From contig NC_086097.1 in NCBI RefSeq assembly GCF_963921235.1, positions 23,004,001 through 23,068,000 of the forward strand: DNA of 64,000 bases, given 5' to 3'. The number at the start of each line of letters is the position of its first letter. Position 1 is the stretch's first letter. Source of the DNA: Mobula hypostoma (taxonomy: Eukaryota). Below are positions 1 through 12,790 of this stretch, piece after piece. The translations under genes were made by a program, and so were the position numbers. The notes under the pieces were generated by a model. It had not been told where the DNA came from and ran no database searches. It worked only from the letters and a program-made list of their open reading frames with translations.

Positions 1-603
1 GTTCAATTTAGTTCAGTTCAGTTCGCAGTAATCGCTACCGTGGCAATGGACAGTGTGGGTGGAAGGAGAGAGAGAGCAAAACGAATGAATATTCAAGGCT
101 TCCAGACAGACCTTCACAGTCAGCTTTCGGGTGAGTCCTTTGTGATGTCATCTGAGGTCACCGACCGTGACCCCTCCATTTCCAGATACGATCGTTTCCC
201 TGCGGTGAACCTGGCACCCAGGCAAGGGTGGACACACACCAAGTTCCCGCCGATCGTGCCTTTCCACCCTGTGCGTTTATGGCCCGGTACTTCCCACTGA
301 CTTGTGAGAGACGCACCGCTTCCAGGGTCTTGTTACCTCGGGTGTCGTGTGTGTCCTGCCTTAGCGAACCTGTCCCTTTTTATCCCCCTGCTGGGGTATC
401 GCCTGTCCATCACTTCAAACAGTTCAGGGTTCAAAGGGGGAGCCGCTCTTGACAGCTCTCCTTCCTTCATTAACATCTCCAAATGCTGCTTCTTTGTTTT
501 CCTTATCTCTCTCTCTCCTGAAGACAGGTGGCAGACCAACTGCTGATTCCACTGGTGCCAGCCCAGGCCAGCTACATCTTAATCTATGTGTATTCTTGTC
601 ACA
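1..603 (-). mobile_element. LTR of a retrotransposon (probably Gypsy-type solo LTR), running off the window start
   Basis: The minus strand begins TGTGACAAGAATAC (TG terminus) and contains a TATA-like GGGGATAAAAAGGG. The segment is richer in CpG than its flanks and has no credible ORF. The other terminus is not visible. Confidence 0.55.
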
Positions 604-654
604 CAGGATTTTGTGTTTTATGGATCAATAACATGGTGTATCTATTGTACATTT

Positions 655-845
655 AGAAGTCATAGTGTCATAGAGCACTACAGCACAGAAACATGCCCTT
701 TGGCCCATCTAGTACACACTAGCCTAGTCTTCTGCAGAGTCCCATCTACCGACACCTAGACCATAGCCCTCTATACCTCCCGCATCCATGTACCTATCTT
801 AAATGTACAAGTGAACTCACATCTGCCACTTCTGCAGGCAGCTCA
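655..845 (-). mobile_element. CR1/HER1 LINE 3' end fragment
   Basis: Same 3' sequence (ctacagcacagaaac...ggcccatctagt...catccatgtacctatc) as copies near 34050, 35200 and 46740. Confidence 0.65.
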
Positions 846-1916
846 TGATGAAGTCATGTGAAATGCATTGCCAATTAGAATTCTGGCAAAGTTAGTTGGG
901 AAAATAACACTTTCTAGCCATAGTCAATCAAGAAATAAATAATCGGTCTAAGAATGTCAGGAAGAAGTGCTAATATTCATTGGAATATATTGAATAAATC
1001 TTTCCTACCAGACTGCTTAAAGTTATCCATCTATGATCATCAGTGAAAGCTGATGTCCATAGCTTTTGGATGCACATCAAGGTTTGGTTTGATGCTTTCA
1101 AGCTCATGCATAATAGACAGGAGGAGGATTGATTTGATTTTGAAATTCCACGAGGCTGATCCAAACTCAATCACAGTCATGCATTTGCATTATTTCTAAT
1201 GTTCAACAGGCATGTCATACTGAATATCACATTTTTAATGAAGATCATGCCTTGATGGTCTTAACACTTCTAGGTGTCATATTAAGCAATAAAAATATGA
1301 AAAGCTGATTTCAAGTAGCTTTCCTGAAATTCTGGGCATTTCTTTAATAAGCTGAGGGAAAAGTAATCAAGCAGCGGCTTGTTGAACCCCTTAGGGAAAT
1401 GGAAATCTAATACATTAGAGCAGGGGGTCCCAACCTAGCATCCATGGACCCCTTGCTTAATGGTATTGGTCCATGGCATAAAAAAGACTGTATTAGAGTC
1501 ACTTCCATCATTATCAAGAATCAACTTTATTCTCCAAATACATTTACATGCATTAGGAATTTGCTGTGATATGCAACAGAAAGAGCATTCAACTATAATA
1601 AAAAATTAAGAATTACATAAAAATAAAAAATAGAGGTTAAAATATAGAAATGGAATAAAATGTGCACAAATACATAGTATAAATACCATCATGTATGTAC
1701 ATTTTTATCATCATTATAAAAAGTGGTTTAAAATGTTTACAGTGCAGTGCAGTGACTGAGATAATATATAGAATGGGTGGGCAGGAACTAACTAGAATGG
1801 TTGATCAGATTATAACAATAGTTATGTAAAGCATGCTTATCAATGAAAATTATTGAGGCAAAAAGAATAGCAAAAGTATACAGAAAGTAAAAAGGCTCGC
1901 TGAAATTTTGAAAGCC

Positions 1917-2162
1917 GTACAGACAGAGTCCATAGAGGGAAGATTGGCCCCTGTGATGTACAGACAGAGTGCATAGAGGGGAGATTGACCCCTGTGATGT
2001 GCAGACAGAGTCCATAGAGGGGAGATTGGCATCTGTGATGTACAGACAGAGTGCATAGAGGGGAGATTGGCATCTGTGATGTACAGACAGAGTCCATAGA
2101 GGGGAGATTGGCATCTGTGATGTACAGACAGAGTGCATAGAAGGGAGATTGGCCCCTGTGAT
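1917..2162. repeat. 41-bp minisatellite, 6 copies, derived from a LINE ORF2 fragment
   Basis: Unit GTACAGACAGAGT(C/G)CATAGAGGGGAGATTGGC(CC/AT)CTGTGAT. The minus strand continues the LINE peptide AWCGNCSARDHKKLQRVVDAAQHITGANLPSM. Confidence 0.95.
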
Positions 2163-2544
2163 GTGTTGAGCTGCATCTACAACTCTTTGTAATTTCTTGT
2201 GGTCACGTGCAGAGCAGTTGCCACACCAAGCCATTATGTATTCAGGCAGAATTTTTTTTTTAACACTGTCTCTGCCTCCTTTCACCGCCAATTTATGAAT
2301 GAGATTTCATATGCAAGAAGCTAAATTTTACTTCCTAAGCAATCTTTCCATTTCTTAGCCAATCATGCTAAAGCATGGTGTGTTTGATGTTGCCATTATT
2401 TACCCTGCTTCAGTGTGGTGAAATTTCAATGCATCAATTTGCCATGCTGTTAGAAATGTTCTGAATTATATTTTGAAATGGGTGAATGTTTTCCTTGTTA
2501 CTTTGTTCATGTCTTCCAACATTGAAGTATTTCATTTATTTATT

Positions 2545-2815
2545 TTGATAGCGTGTGGAATAGACTCTTAACGGCCCTTCAAGCCACACTGCCCAGCAAA
2601 CCCCCAATTTAATCCAAGCCCAATCATGGGACAATTTACAATGACCAATTAAGCTACCAATCGGTATGTCTTTGGACTGTGGGAGGAGACTGGAGTATCT
2701 GGAGGAAACCCAAGCGGTCATGGCGAGAACGTACAAACTCCTTAGAGGCAATGGCAAAATAGAACCTAGCTTGCCTGTACTGTAAAGTGTTGTGCAAACC
2801 ACTATGCTACCTTGC
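2545..2815 (-). mobile_element. tRNA-derived V-SINE (HE1-like)
   Basis: The reverse complement contains the V-domain core gtttgtacgttctc...gggtttcctccagatactccagtctcctcccacagtccaaagac and the A-box-like gtagcatagtggtt. Confidence 0.75.
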
Positions 2816-3179
2816 CCTGTGTGTATGCTGTGCCATCGCCAGCGGTGAGACTCCGATTTTTGCTCACAGAATATTTTTAGGGATTTGAATCATAGCTGAG
2901 AAGCCTCAGCAAAACACATTATGACAAGATGGAAAAGAGATGAAAAATTACTAATTAATTGATGCAGCCATGCACGCACACATTGCCAACAGATGTTCTT
3001 ACCTACTGTGCTGTAGCCTCCAAGGGCAGCTCACCAATACCAAACATGTAATCGTCCACAAATTAAGTTCATACTTGATTCCCACTGGTTGGCCACAATG
3101 CACAACATCTCATGGCAGGTGGGCTGTGCCTCATCTTGATATAAATGATAGATACAACTCAATTCATCACAGGCAAATC

Positions 3180-3645
3180 CCTCCCCACCCTGGAGTACAG
3201 TTACAAGGAACACAACCACAAGTAAGCAGCATCCATCAGCAAGGACCCCCACTACCCAAGCCATGCTCACTTCTCACTACTACTGTTGGGCAGGAGGGAC
3301 AGGAGCCTTGGGTCCCACAACATCAGGTTCAGAAACAGTTATTACCCTACAGCTATCAGGCTCCTGAATTAGTATGAATGACTTTGCTCTCTTCAACATT
3401 TAGCTGACTCCACAACTGATAGTCTCACTTTCAAGGACTCTGCAACTCGTGTTCTTCGTGTTATTCTTTTTATATTGTATGATTTGTTTCCTTTTGCACA
3501 TTGGTTGCGTATCAGTCTTTGTTTATGTATAGTTTTTTTCATAAATTTTTTTGTATTTGTTTTCCTGTAACTGCCTGCAAGAAAATGAATCTCAAGGTCT
3601 TACATGGTGACATATGCATACTTCTATAATAAATTTACTTAGAAC
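3180..3645 (+). mobile_element. Rex1/Babar- or L2-like LINE 3' fragment
   Basis: Degenerate ASIxKDPHxPxHAxFSLLxxGRR motif. The 3' UTR ends aataaatttactt, shared with copies near 35500, 50780 and 60100. Confidence 0.6.
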
Positions 3646-3899
3646 TTTAAAGAAAATGCCAGTTGGTGGCTGTTAGTCAAAATAATACTGAGTACAAGTC
3701 TTCTAAAAATACGTAGTTATCGGTGTAAGTGGGAGATTGATCACTTGGCAAGTTTTTTTATTGCTAAACAAATATGATTATTGATTTGTGGTGGTGTGAT
3801 GGAGTCTTGAATGGGTTCAGTGGTCAGAATGTCTAGACAGTCACGCAGTGAAGTGTAAAAAAAAACTAGGAAGAAATAAAAGATGTATAAGCACATCCT

Positions 3900-4825
3900 T
3901 CCCTTCCTGACCCCTCTCCAACTTCTATAAAGATCATTCTCTACATGATTCACTTGTCCACTAGTCCCTTGGCACTGATCTCCTCCTGGCACTTATCTCT
4001 GCAAGCCCCTACACCCCAAACAGTCCCTCCATGTGAGGCGACACTTCACCTGTGAGTCTATCAGTGTCAGGTATTATATCCGATACTCCCCGTGTGGCCA
4101 CCTCTACATCGGTGAGACCTGACACAGATGGGGGGGAGGCTGCTTTGTCAAGCATCTTTGCTCTACCCACTGCAAAAGGCAGGATCTCCCATTGGCTATC
4201 CATTTCAATTTGACTTCCCATTCCTTTACTAACCTGTGTGTCCATAGCCTCCTTGGCTGCCACAATGAATGCAAACTCCAGTTGGTGGACCAATAGCTCA
4301 CATTCCACCTAGCTGGCCTCCAACCTGATGGCATGATCATCAATTTCTCTAACTTCCAGTAATTTCCCTCCCCTCTTCCTTTCTCCCTTTATCCATTCCC
4401 CATTCTGGTTCCCCTCTCACCCCTTTTTTTCTCCTCTCCCACCTATTATTCTGTCTGTTTCCCCTCCTCCTTCCCTTTCTTACATGATCCACTCTCCCTT
4501 CCTATCAGGTTTCTTCTTCTTCAGCCCCTTACCTATTCTACCGATCACCTCCCAGCTTCTTTCTTCACTCACACCTCCCACACCCATCCATCTTCCCCAT
4601 TGCCTGATCTCACCTATCACCTGCCAGCTCGAACTCCTTACACCTCCCCCAGCTCTTATTCTGGTTTATGCCCCATTCCTTTCCAGTCCCGATGAAGGGT
4701 CTCGGCCCAAGTACATGGATTGCTTATTCCTCTCCATAGATGCTGCCTGACCTGCTGAGTTCCACCAGCATTTTGTGTGTGTTGCTCAGGATTTCCAGGA
4801 TCTGCAGAATCATTTGTGTTTATAA
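3900..4825 (+). mobile_element. Penelope-like element 3' remnant (GIY-YIG endonuclease fragment plus pseudo-LTR with degenerate hammerhead)
   Basis: 4030-4119 translates HVRRHFTCESISVRYYIRYSPCGHLYIGET (YIGET motif of Penelope GIY-YIG) and then hits a stop. A pyrimidine-rich tract follows, then cagtcccgatgaagggtctcggccc and the tail gatgctgcctgacctgctgagttcc. Confidence 0.85.
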
Positions 4826-4894
4826 TAGTCAGTTAAAGCTGTGCTAAGCTTGCTGAATAAGGCCGGTAGGACTGCAGATTTTCACCGTTTTAGT

Positions 4895-5590
4895 AAATAT
4901 TTCACCTTTCACCCTAAACCTATGACCTCTAGTTTAAGTGTCACCCATCGTTAAGCCGGTAATCATTCATCTGATTCGTACCCCTCAGAGTTTTATAAGA
5001 TCAGCTCTCATTCTCTGCCATTGCAATAAATGAAGTCCTATCCCATTCAACCTTCCCCTGAACTTTAGGTCCTCACCTTCTCTTCTGTCAGCGAGTTCTA
5101 GGTATTAGCCACACTGTGTATGAAAAATACCTCAAACCCTCTTTAAGACAGCTGAAACCTATTTCTGCTATTCCTCAGGAAAAAAAAGTTCTGACTCTCT
5201 CTATCCTGTATGTGCTTCTTATAATCTTATAATTCTCTAAAAGTTCATCCTTCAGCCTCATTCACTCCAGTGAGAACAAATCTAGCAATTTATCTAATCT
5301 CTACCCATAACTGAAGTCCTCCAATGTAGGCAACATCTTGTTCAGTCTTGTCTGCAATCTCTCCAGTGTAATCACATCCTTCCTAGTGACCGGAACTATG
5401 CGGAACATTCCAAGTGTGCTGTGACCAGTATTTTGCAAAGTTGCAACATAGCATCTTAATTTTCATGTGCTTTGTCCCGAGCTAACAATATAAACATGCC
5501 AAATGCCTTCTGCAACACCCTATCTACATGTGTTACCCCTTTCAATGAACCATGGACTTGAGTGTCTCTTGGTTCATCAATATTCCTTTG
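4895..5590 (-). mobile_element. Decayed CR1/HER1 LINE fragments
   Basis: The minus strand resembles the CR1 ORF2 C-terminus (VQVHGSLK..QVDRV.KKAFG...HLE...QF.S), with several indels. Confidence 0.65.
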
Positions 5591-7769
5591 TGCCCGACCA
5601 CTCTGCTTCTTCTGGTAAGATGGTGGCACACTTGATCGCAGCCCCCTCTCAATGTCCAACAAAAAGTGCCATTGACTGTCTTAGGTATTTTTCTTGTGAT
5701 TTCAAGACCCTGTTGGACATTGGTAATACAAAATACTGCAAGTCTGGTCCATGGTTCATTGGCAAGGCTGACTGTGCTACAGTTGCGTGGCCTTGGTTGC
5801 TGGGCGGACCCAGCCTTCATGCCGCGGCGCAACCTGTCAGAGCTACCCAGGGACGGTGTGGGAGGAAGCAGACATATGGTGGGTGCTCTGGATTCCATGC
5901 TTGGTTGGGGACTGGCCCCTGCAGGCTGGCTCTCCCACTGGCACTACTCCTCAGTGTTCGCACCCAGGATATAAGCTGGACAGAACTTCATCTGCAGCTG
6001 GCTCAGTGTGAGATGAGGTACTGTTGCGATCTTCTTCTTGCTTAAATGTGGCTCTAAGACACTATCTCAGGCACCATCAATCTTCAGACCATGACACGCA
6101 GGAGCCTGTGCAAATATATTGGTAACTGTATATGCTATGTACCATGTGTAACTGTATGTGTTGTATTTGCACCTTGGCTCCTGTGGAACAATGTTTCGTT
6201 TAGTGATATATGTGTATCTGGTTGAACGACAATTAAACTTGAACTTTATATGTTTTGCCTTTATCCAACTTAGCAAAATGCATTACCTTGCACTTTTTGG
6301 AATTAAAATCTAAATTTTTCACCTGAAGCATTAACTCTTCCTTTCAGTCTTTGACATAACTGAGTACTTTGAACTTGTGTTTAATGTTAGACCAGAGGAG
6401 GTACTTTCAGCATCTATGTAATTTCAGAGTGAAGAATAGCTGATGAAGACAGGAGCAGAATTAGGCCATTTCACCCATCAAGTCTGCTCGGCCATTCTAT
6501 CATGGCTGATTTATTCTCCCTCTCAATCCCATTCTCCTGCCTTCTTACCATAAACTTTGACATCCTTACCATGGAGGCCAAGTCATTAGGTATATTTAAA
6601 GTGGAGGATGATAAGTTTTTCCTTAATAAGAGAGCCAAAGTATATGGTTAGAAGGTAGAAGGCAGGAGAATGGGATTGAGAGGGATAATATATAAGCCAA
6701 AATTGAATAGCAGAGCAGTCTCGATTCTGCTCCTATGTCTTATGGTCTTATAACCTTGTGGAATCATTCTCTTATTACCTGTGTTCTTCATGCCCTCCAT
6801 TTTTGCATGCCACAGCACCGATTTCCAGTTCCGGGTGCCTGCCTCAAGGATTTAAGAATAGAACGTGCATCTCTCTCTCTCCCTCTCTCCCCTATCCCTC
6901 TCTTCCTCCTCCCTCTCCCTCCCCCTCCCTCTCCCTCTCCCCTCCCTGTCTGTCTCTCTCCCCCCCCTCTCCCCCCTCCCCCCTCTCCCTCCTCTTTCTC
7001 TCTCCCTCTAGATTGTAGACAGATGGGAGAATTTATAATGGAGAATAAAGAAATTCCAGAGGAATTAAATAGCTATATTGTTTCACCAGAAATACTAGGA
7101 GAATGAGGAATTGGGAAATAAATATTAGTAAAACAGAACTACTTGAGAAGTTGGTGAAATCAAATCCCAAGAACCTAATGATTGACATAACAGAGTTTTC
7201 TCTGCAAAGATTATAAAAACACTGATCTTTTAAACTTTTACATATTCTGGAATTAATTGTATGGATTGGAGGTTTGTAGGAAATTGGGATGTGAGGAAAT
7301 GAAGAATTACTGAGCTCCAAACTCTCAGACTTCCTGCTGATACAAGCAACTTTACAGGCCTCTTCCTATGTTTTACTTCTCCCTTTGATTTCTTCTGACA
7401 GTCACAGAAGAACAAACTTTCCAGTCGGGTTTTTGTACCTTAAAGGATTTTCTTTTGCTGCAAAAATACATGATTTCGTTAAGTACTAGCTAGTGTGTAT
7501 CTACTGCCATGCCTTTCAATGGATGTTTCCAATCAGCCGTGGCTATCTCTCCTCTCATAGTTTCCTTTGTTTAGGATATACAGTAAGACTTAAATCTTGA
7601 ATTGAAGTACATCACTTGCAAATTCCGTGTAGAATTCTATCATGTAGGTTAGTTTATGAACATGGATTGCAAATTGGTTTTAGAATAGAAAGCAAAGACT
7701 GGGAATAAGTAGATATTGCGGGACATAGTAGATGGTAACTGGGGGGATATAATAGGAATTGTTGAGTTA

Positions 7770-8005
7770 ACTGTGGTTAGCACAGTACCAGCGGCCTGTG
7801 TACAACTTCCGCCGCTGTCTGTAAGGAGTTCTGTCCGTGACCACGTGGGTTTCCTCCAGGTTTCCTCCCACAGTCCAAAGACGTACCAGTTGGTAGGTTA
7901 ATTGGTCATTGTAAATTGTCCCGTGATCCCTAAGCTAGGGTGAAATACCGGTTGCTGGACTACTTGGCTTGAAGGGTCGGAAGGACCAGTTCCACTCTGT
8001 ATTAA
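7770..8005 (+). mobile_element. V-SINE (HE1-like)
   Basis: gtggttagcac...ccgtgaccacgtgggtttcctccag...ctcccacagtccaaagacgtaccagttggtaggttaattggtcattgtaaattgtccc. Confidence 0.75.
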
Positions 8006-8009
8006 TTTA

Positions 8010-8692
8010 TTAGATTAGATTAGATTAGATTAGATTATGAGGACACGCAGTCCTCTTTTATTGTCATTGAGTAATGCATTATTAAGAAATGATACAATTT
8101 GTTCCTCCAGAATGATATCACAGAAACACAAGACAAACCAAGACTAAAAAAAACTGACAAAAAACACATAATTATAACATATAGTTACAACAGTGCAAAG
8201 CAATACCGTAATTTGATGAAGAACAGACCATGGGCACTGTAAAAAAAAGTCTCAAAGTCTCTCGAAAGTCCCATCATCTCACGCAGATGGTTGAAGGGAG
8301 AAACTCTCCCTGCCATGAGCTTCCAGTGCCGCAAACTTGCCGATGCAGCACCCTGGAAGCACCCAACCACAGTCCGACTCCGAGTCCATCCGAAAACTTC
8401 GAGCCTCCGGCCAGCCCTCCAACACCTAGCACCGAGCACCATCTCTGCTTCGACCCCGGCAACAGGCAATAGGCAAAGCCAAGGATTTGGGGCCTTCCCC
8501 TCTGGAGATTCTCGATCGCACAGCAGCAGCAGCAGCGAAGCAGGAATTTCAGAAGTTTCTCTAGGTATTCCTCCGTGCTCTCACGTCTGCCTCCATCAAA
8601 TCAGTATTGTGCACGGCCCCTAGTTAACAGATACAATATCATTTTGGAGCGGCCGCGCGCGCTGGGTCGCACCGCCAACTTCTCCTCCCCTT
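8010..8692 (-). mobile_element. Non-autonomous LINE-derived retroposon with (AATCT)n tail
   Basis: The minus strand starts with a GC/CpG-rich 5' region (gaagttggcggtgcgacccagcgcgcgcggccgc) and ends aataaaagaggactgcgtgtcctcat(aatct)n. It is inserted into the A/T tail of the preceding SINE. Confidence 0.6.
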
Positions 8693-9612
8693 CTCTCTCA
8701 TTATTTAAATAAATAATGTACAAACTTCTTACAGACAGCAGCAGGAATGGAACTTGGATCAAGATCACTGGCACTGTAAAGTGTTATGCTAACCATTAGA
8801 CTAACCATGATTAGCAGAACAGGGTCGAAGGGCCAAACGGCCTAATCTTGCTGTGATTTCTCATGTTTGTAATACCTTTCTGATTGTGAGGCGAGATTGA
8901 TGTTTGTGCCTAATTTAATTAAATATTTATACACAATATTTTTCCTTAAAAAGCCTGCATCACAACTTAACAAAGCCTAATTAGACATCATTACTTTAGA
9001 AAACATGGAAACTGATATCATAGCATATCTCATGGTTTAACATAATTACTTGGGGGAATTGCTGATGAGTGAGTCAATGCTACAATCAAATTAGTAGCTC
9101 ATTGAGGACACTACATTTGAAAAATTATATCCTGTGCATTTAATCACTTGTCGTTGTGAATGTAAAATTACACTGTGTTGTTAACTGGGAACAGTTAATT
9201 GCATAAAGAGGTTTATAGTGAAAATGGAGGTTAGCTTCCATTGCTGGGTTACCAAAGCTTGGTGCAGCAAATGGTACAGTGTTCACTTTGGAAGACAAAC
9301 AGATATTGGAGGCATTCAAGTAACACGGTCAAGACCTCCAAGACTACGCTTGATGCTAAAAGATTTAAAAACAGTTATGACCAGGAAAGGAAGCAAAGGA
9401 GGGATAATAGAGCCAACAATTATAAGTGATAATGTCAATCACTATTTCTGCAAGTTACATTAATTCAGTAGCTTTAAGACATCTTGGGACTTTTCACAAA
9501 AAGTATTCTACACTAAAAGAAACATAGAAAATAGAACATTACAGCACAGAGCAAGGTCACGAGCCCGTGACATTGTGCTGACTTTTTAACCTGCTCTAAA
9601 ATCAATCTAACC

Positions 9613-9692
9613 CAGGGGTTGCCAAACTGGGTTCCATGGACCCCTCGGTTAATGGGAGGGGTCCATGTTTTAAAAAAGGTTGGGAAAACCTC
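9613..9692. mobile_element. 80-bp hAT (Charlie-like) MITE
   Basis: Termini CAGGGGTTGCCAAAC...GGTTGGGAAAACCTC with an imperfect 8-bp TSD ATCTAACC/ATCTAACT. It interrupts a CR1 fragment. A related copy lies at ~1422-1490. Confidence 0.7.
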
Positions 9693-10244
9693 ATCTAACT
9701 CTTCCCTCACAGAGCCCTCCATTTCCCTGTCATCTATTTGCCTATCTAAAGAGTTTCTTAAATGCCCCTAATGTATCTGCCTCTGCCACCGCCCCTGGCA
9801 GGATGTTCCATGCACTCACCACTCTCAGTGTGAAGAACCTCTGATGTCCCTCTAACACTTTCCTCCTAACTTAGTAAGAATAGGAGTAGGCCATATAGTT
9901 CCTTAAGTCTGCTTCACCATTCAATGTGGTCATGGTTAATATATTATCTCATATTTTGGATTTCTACCTTTTTCCCCTCCTGTGTGTCACATAGTGGATG
10001 TGGAATTAATTTTCCCCCGACTGAGATGTTTAGAACCAGGCCTTATTGTCACAGATTCAGAGGTCAGCCATTTTGTTCAGAGAAGAGAAGTAATTTCTTT
10101 AACCAGTGAATGATGAACCTTTGGAATTTTCTGTTCAAGAAGGCTCACAGCCTGAGCAATTAAGTGTGTATAAGACACAGATTGATAGTGTTTTAGAAGC
10201 TAAGCCTATCAAATGATATGGAATTAGTACAAGTACAAGAGAGC

Positions 10245-10870
10245 AGCTGCGCAAGTTGGTCAGGTGGTTAAGAAAGCATATGGTGTGTCGGCGTTTATTA
10301 GTTTGGGAATTGAGTTCAAGAGCCACAAGTTAATGTATAAAACTCTGGTCAGATCACACTTGAAATATTGTGTCCAGTTGTGGTCACCTCAAGCCAGGAA
10401 GGATGTGGAAGCTACAGAGAGGGCATGGAGGAGATTTACCAGGATGCTGCCTGGATTAGAGAGCATGTTTTATGAGGAGAGGTTGAGTGAACTAAGGCTT
10501 TTCTTGTTGAAGCAAAGAAGAATGAAAGGTTACTTGAGAGAGGTGAATAAAATGATAAGAGACATAGATAGTGTGGACAGCCAGAGCGTTTTATTTCCAG
10601 GGTGGAAATGGCTAATACAAGAGCACATAATTTTAAGTTGATTGGAGGAAAGTAGAGGGGAATGACTGAGAGCAGTAAGTGTAATGAACACACTGCCAAG
10701 AGTTGTGGTAGACACAGAGTCATTAAGGATATTTAAGAAACTTTTCGACATGTGGATGAAAAAAATGGAGGGCTATGTGGGAATGAAGGTTTATATTGAT
10801 CTTGGCATATGTTAAAAGGTTAGCACAACATCATTTGCTAAAGATTCTGTGCTGTGCAGTACTTTTCCAT
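10245..10870 (+). mobile_element. CR1/HER1 LINE ORF2 C-terminal fragment and 3' UTR
   Basis: ORF 10264-10641 contains KTLVRSHLKYCVQLWSP...RRFTRMLPGL, the typical CR1 RT C-terminus. Confidence 0.85.
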
Positions 10871-11531
10871 TTTCTACATTCAAAGCAAATGGAGCAAGGT
10901 GAAAGATCATGACCTTTTTGAATGGAAAGGTAGGCATGAGGGGCTGAATAGTCTATTCGTGTGTTTTATTTTTTAAAAGACATGTAGAAAGGTATATAGA
11001 TAGGGAAGGCTTAGGTGGATATTGGCCAAATGGGGCTACCATAAATGGGTTCTTGGTCAGCATGGACGATTGGCCGAAGAGCATGTTTTCAAGGTAGTTT
11101 ACTCCATGAATCTTACATTCTTAATTGCAGCAACAAAGGGAATGAATTTATACCAAATGCCTTTCTTACAAGAAAAAAAACTTGGCAAACGTGTATTTTA
11201 GCACAGTGATTTATGATGTTTTCATCACCTGCCAATTCCTTGAAAATTCCTCCTGCATCAAGCCTATCATCTGTAAAATGTATTTAGTTTATTTTGTGAG
11301 GACTACATGATGGCTTTCTTAACATTAACACTTAGGAAAGGGAGGCCACATGTATGAATTTTCTTTGTGCTGACAAACCACAGAAGGGTAACCAACATCT
11401 TGTCAGTGGCTTTGTCTTGTTAATTTGCTTCGATGACTCTGACTAGTTTTAAATTTCACAGTCACACTCGAGAAACAGGGCTTCTTCCACCCCAGCTCAG
11501 TGCTTCTCTCTGACCTCTGACCTCTTCTCTC

Positions 11532-11690
11532 TGGGCAGCATGGTAGCATAGTGGTCAGCTCTATCACTTTGCAGCGTCAGCTTCACTGATTAGAGTTCGA
11601 TTCCCGCCACTGTCTGTAACGACTTTGTACGTTCTCCCGCGAGAACGTGGGTTTCCTGCTGGTGCTCTGGTTTCCTCCCACGTTCCACAA
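11532..11690 (+). mobile_element. V-SINE (HE1-like), 3' truncated
   Basis: A box TGGTAGCATAGTGG, B box GAGTTCGATTCC, then the V-domain core. Confidence 0.75.
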
Positions 11691-12089
11691 AAAGCGTTGT
11701 GATTTATTTCTGTGGTCACTTTCTCTCTTACTGGTGTCCTTAGCATGGAAGCAAAATAAAGATGCAGGAATTACAGAGCAAGTCAGGCAGCAGCTTTAGA
11801 AAAGGAAACAGAACTACAATTCCAACTGAAGACTCTTTGCCAGAATTGGGGAGGACAGAAAAAGTGTTATTTTTAAATTGCAGAGAAGTTGAGAGATAAT
11901 TGACAGCTCAAAGAGAATATCACTGATAGAGAGAAGCCAGCATTGACCTGAGAATATTCTGCCGATGGATCAATAAAATTAGTAGGTTTATGAGGGAAAT
12001 TAGAGAGAGAACAAAGAAGATGATATGCAAAGGTTGTGAAATGCAGGTCAGAGCAGGCTCTTCCTTTGTTCTTTTGATTTTGGAATAGA

Positions 12090-12790
12090 CCGTAAGACCC
12101 TACGATACAGGAACAGAAGCAGACCACTTGGTCCATTGACTCTGCTCCGCCATTTCATCATGGCTGATCCAATTTTCCTCTCAGCCCCAATCTCCTACCT
12201 TCTCCCCATATCCCATCATGCCCTGACCAATCAAGAATCTGCCTCTGCCTTAAATATACATAAGAACTTGTCCTTCACAGCTGCTTGTGACATACAATTC
12301 CACAGATTCACCATTCTCTGGCAAAAAAAAAATTCCTCCTCATCTCAATTCTAAAAGGATGCCCCTCTACTCTGAGACCTCTGTGTCTTAGACTTTCTCA
12401 CCATAGGAAACATCCTCTCCACACCCACTCTATCAAGGCTTTTCACCATTTGATAAATTTCAATGAGGTCAGCCCTCATTCTTCTGAATTCTAGTGAATA
12501 TTGGCCTGGAGTCATCAAACACTCTTCATCTGACAAGTCATTCAATCCTGGAATAATTTTCATGAACTCCCCTTGACCCTGTTCAGTTTCAGCACATTTT
12601 CTCTAGGACAAGGGGCCCAAAACTGCTCATAATCCTCCAAGTGAGGCCTCACCAGTGTTTTATTAAGTCTCAAAATTACATTCTTGCTTTTATATTCTAG
12701 TCCTCTTGAAATGAATACTAATATCTCATTTGCCTTCCTTTCCACAGACTCAACCTACAAATTAACCTTTAGAGAATCCTGCACAGGGAT
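12090..12790 (-). mobile_element. CR1/HER1 LINE 3' fragment
   Basis: Minus-strand ORFs LVRPHLEDYEQFWAP and EFRRMRADLIEIYQMVKSLDRV. Confidence 0.85.

Noticed and set aside
836..860. GCTCATGATGA resembling the neurexin SS1 mini-exon (HLMM)
   Set aside because: It is the broken end of a CR1 fragment, with no SHLMMSEQ-like frame and no splice donor. I found no SS1 mini-exons in the window by eye.
1917..2162. CRISPR-like array
   Set aside because: Head-to-tail repeats with no unique spacers, in a vertebrate context with no cas genes. The same applies to 15185-15787.
6735..7106. Proline-rich ORF
   Set aside because: Produced by a C/T low-complexity tract at ~6870-7008.
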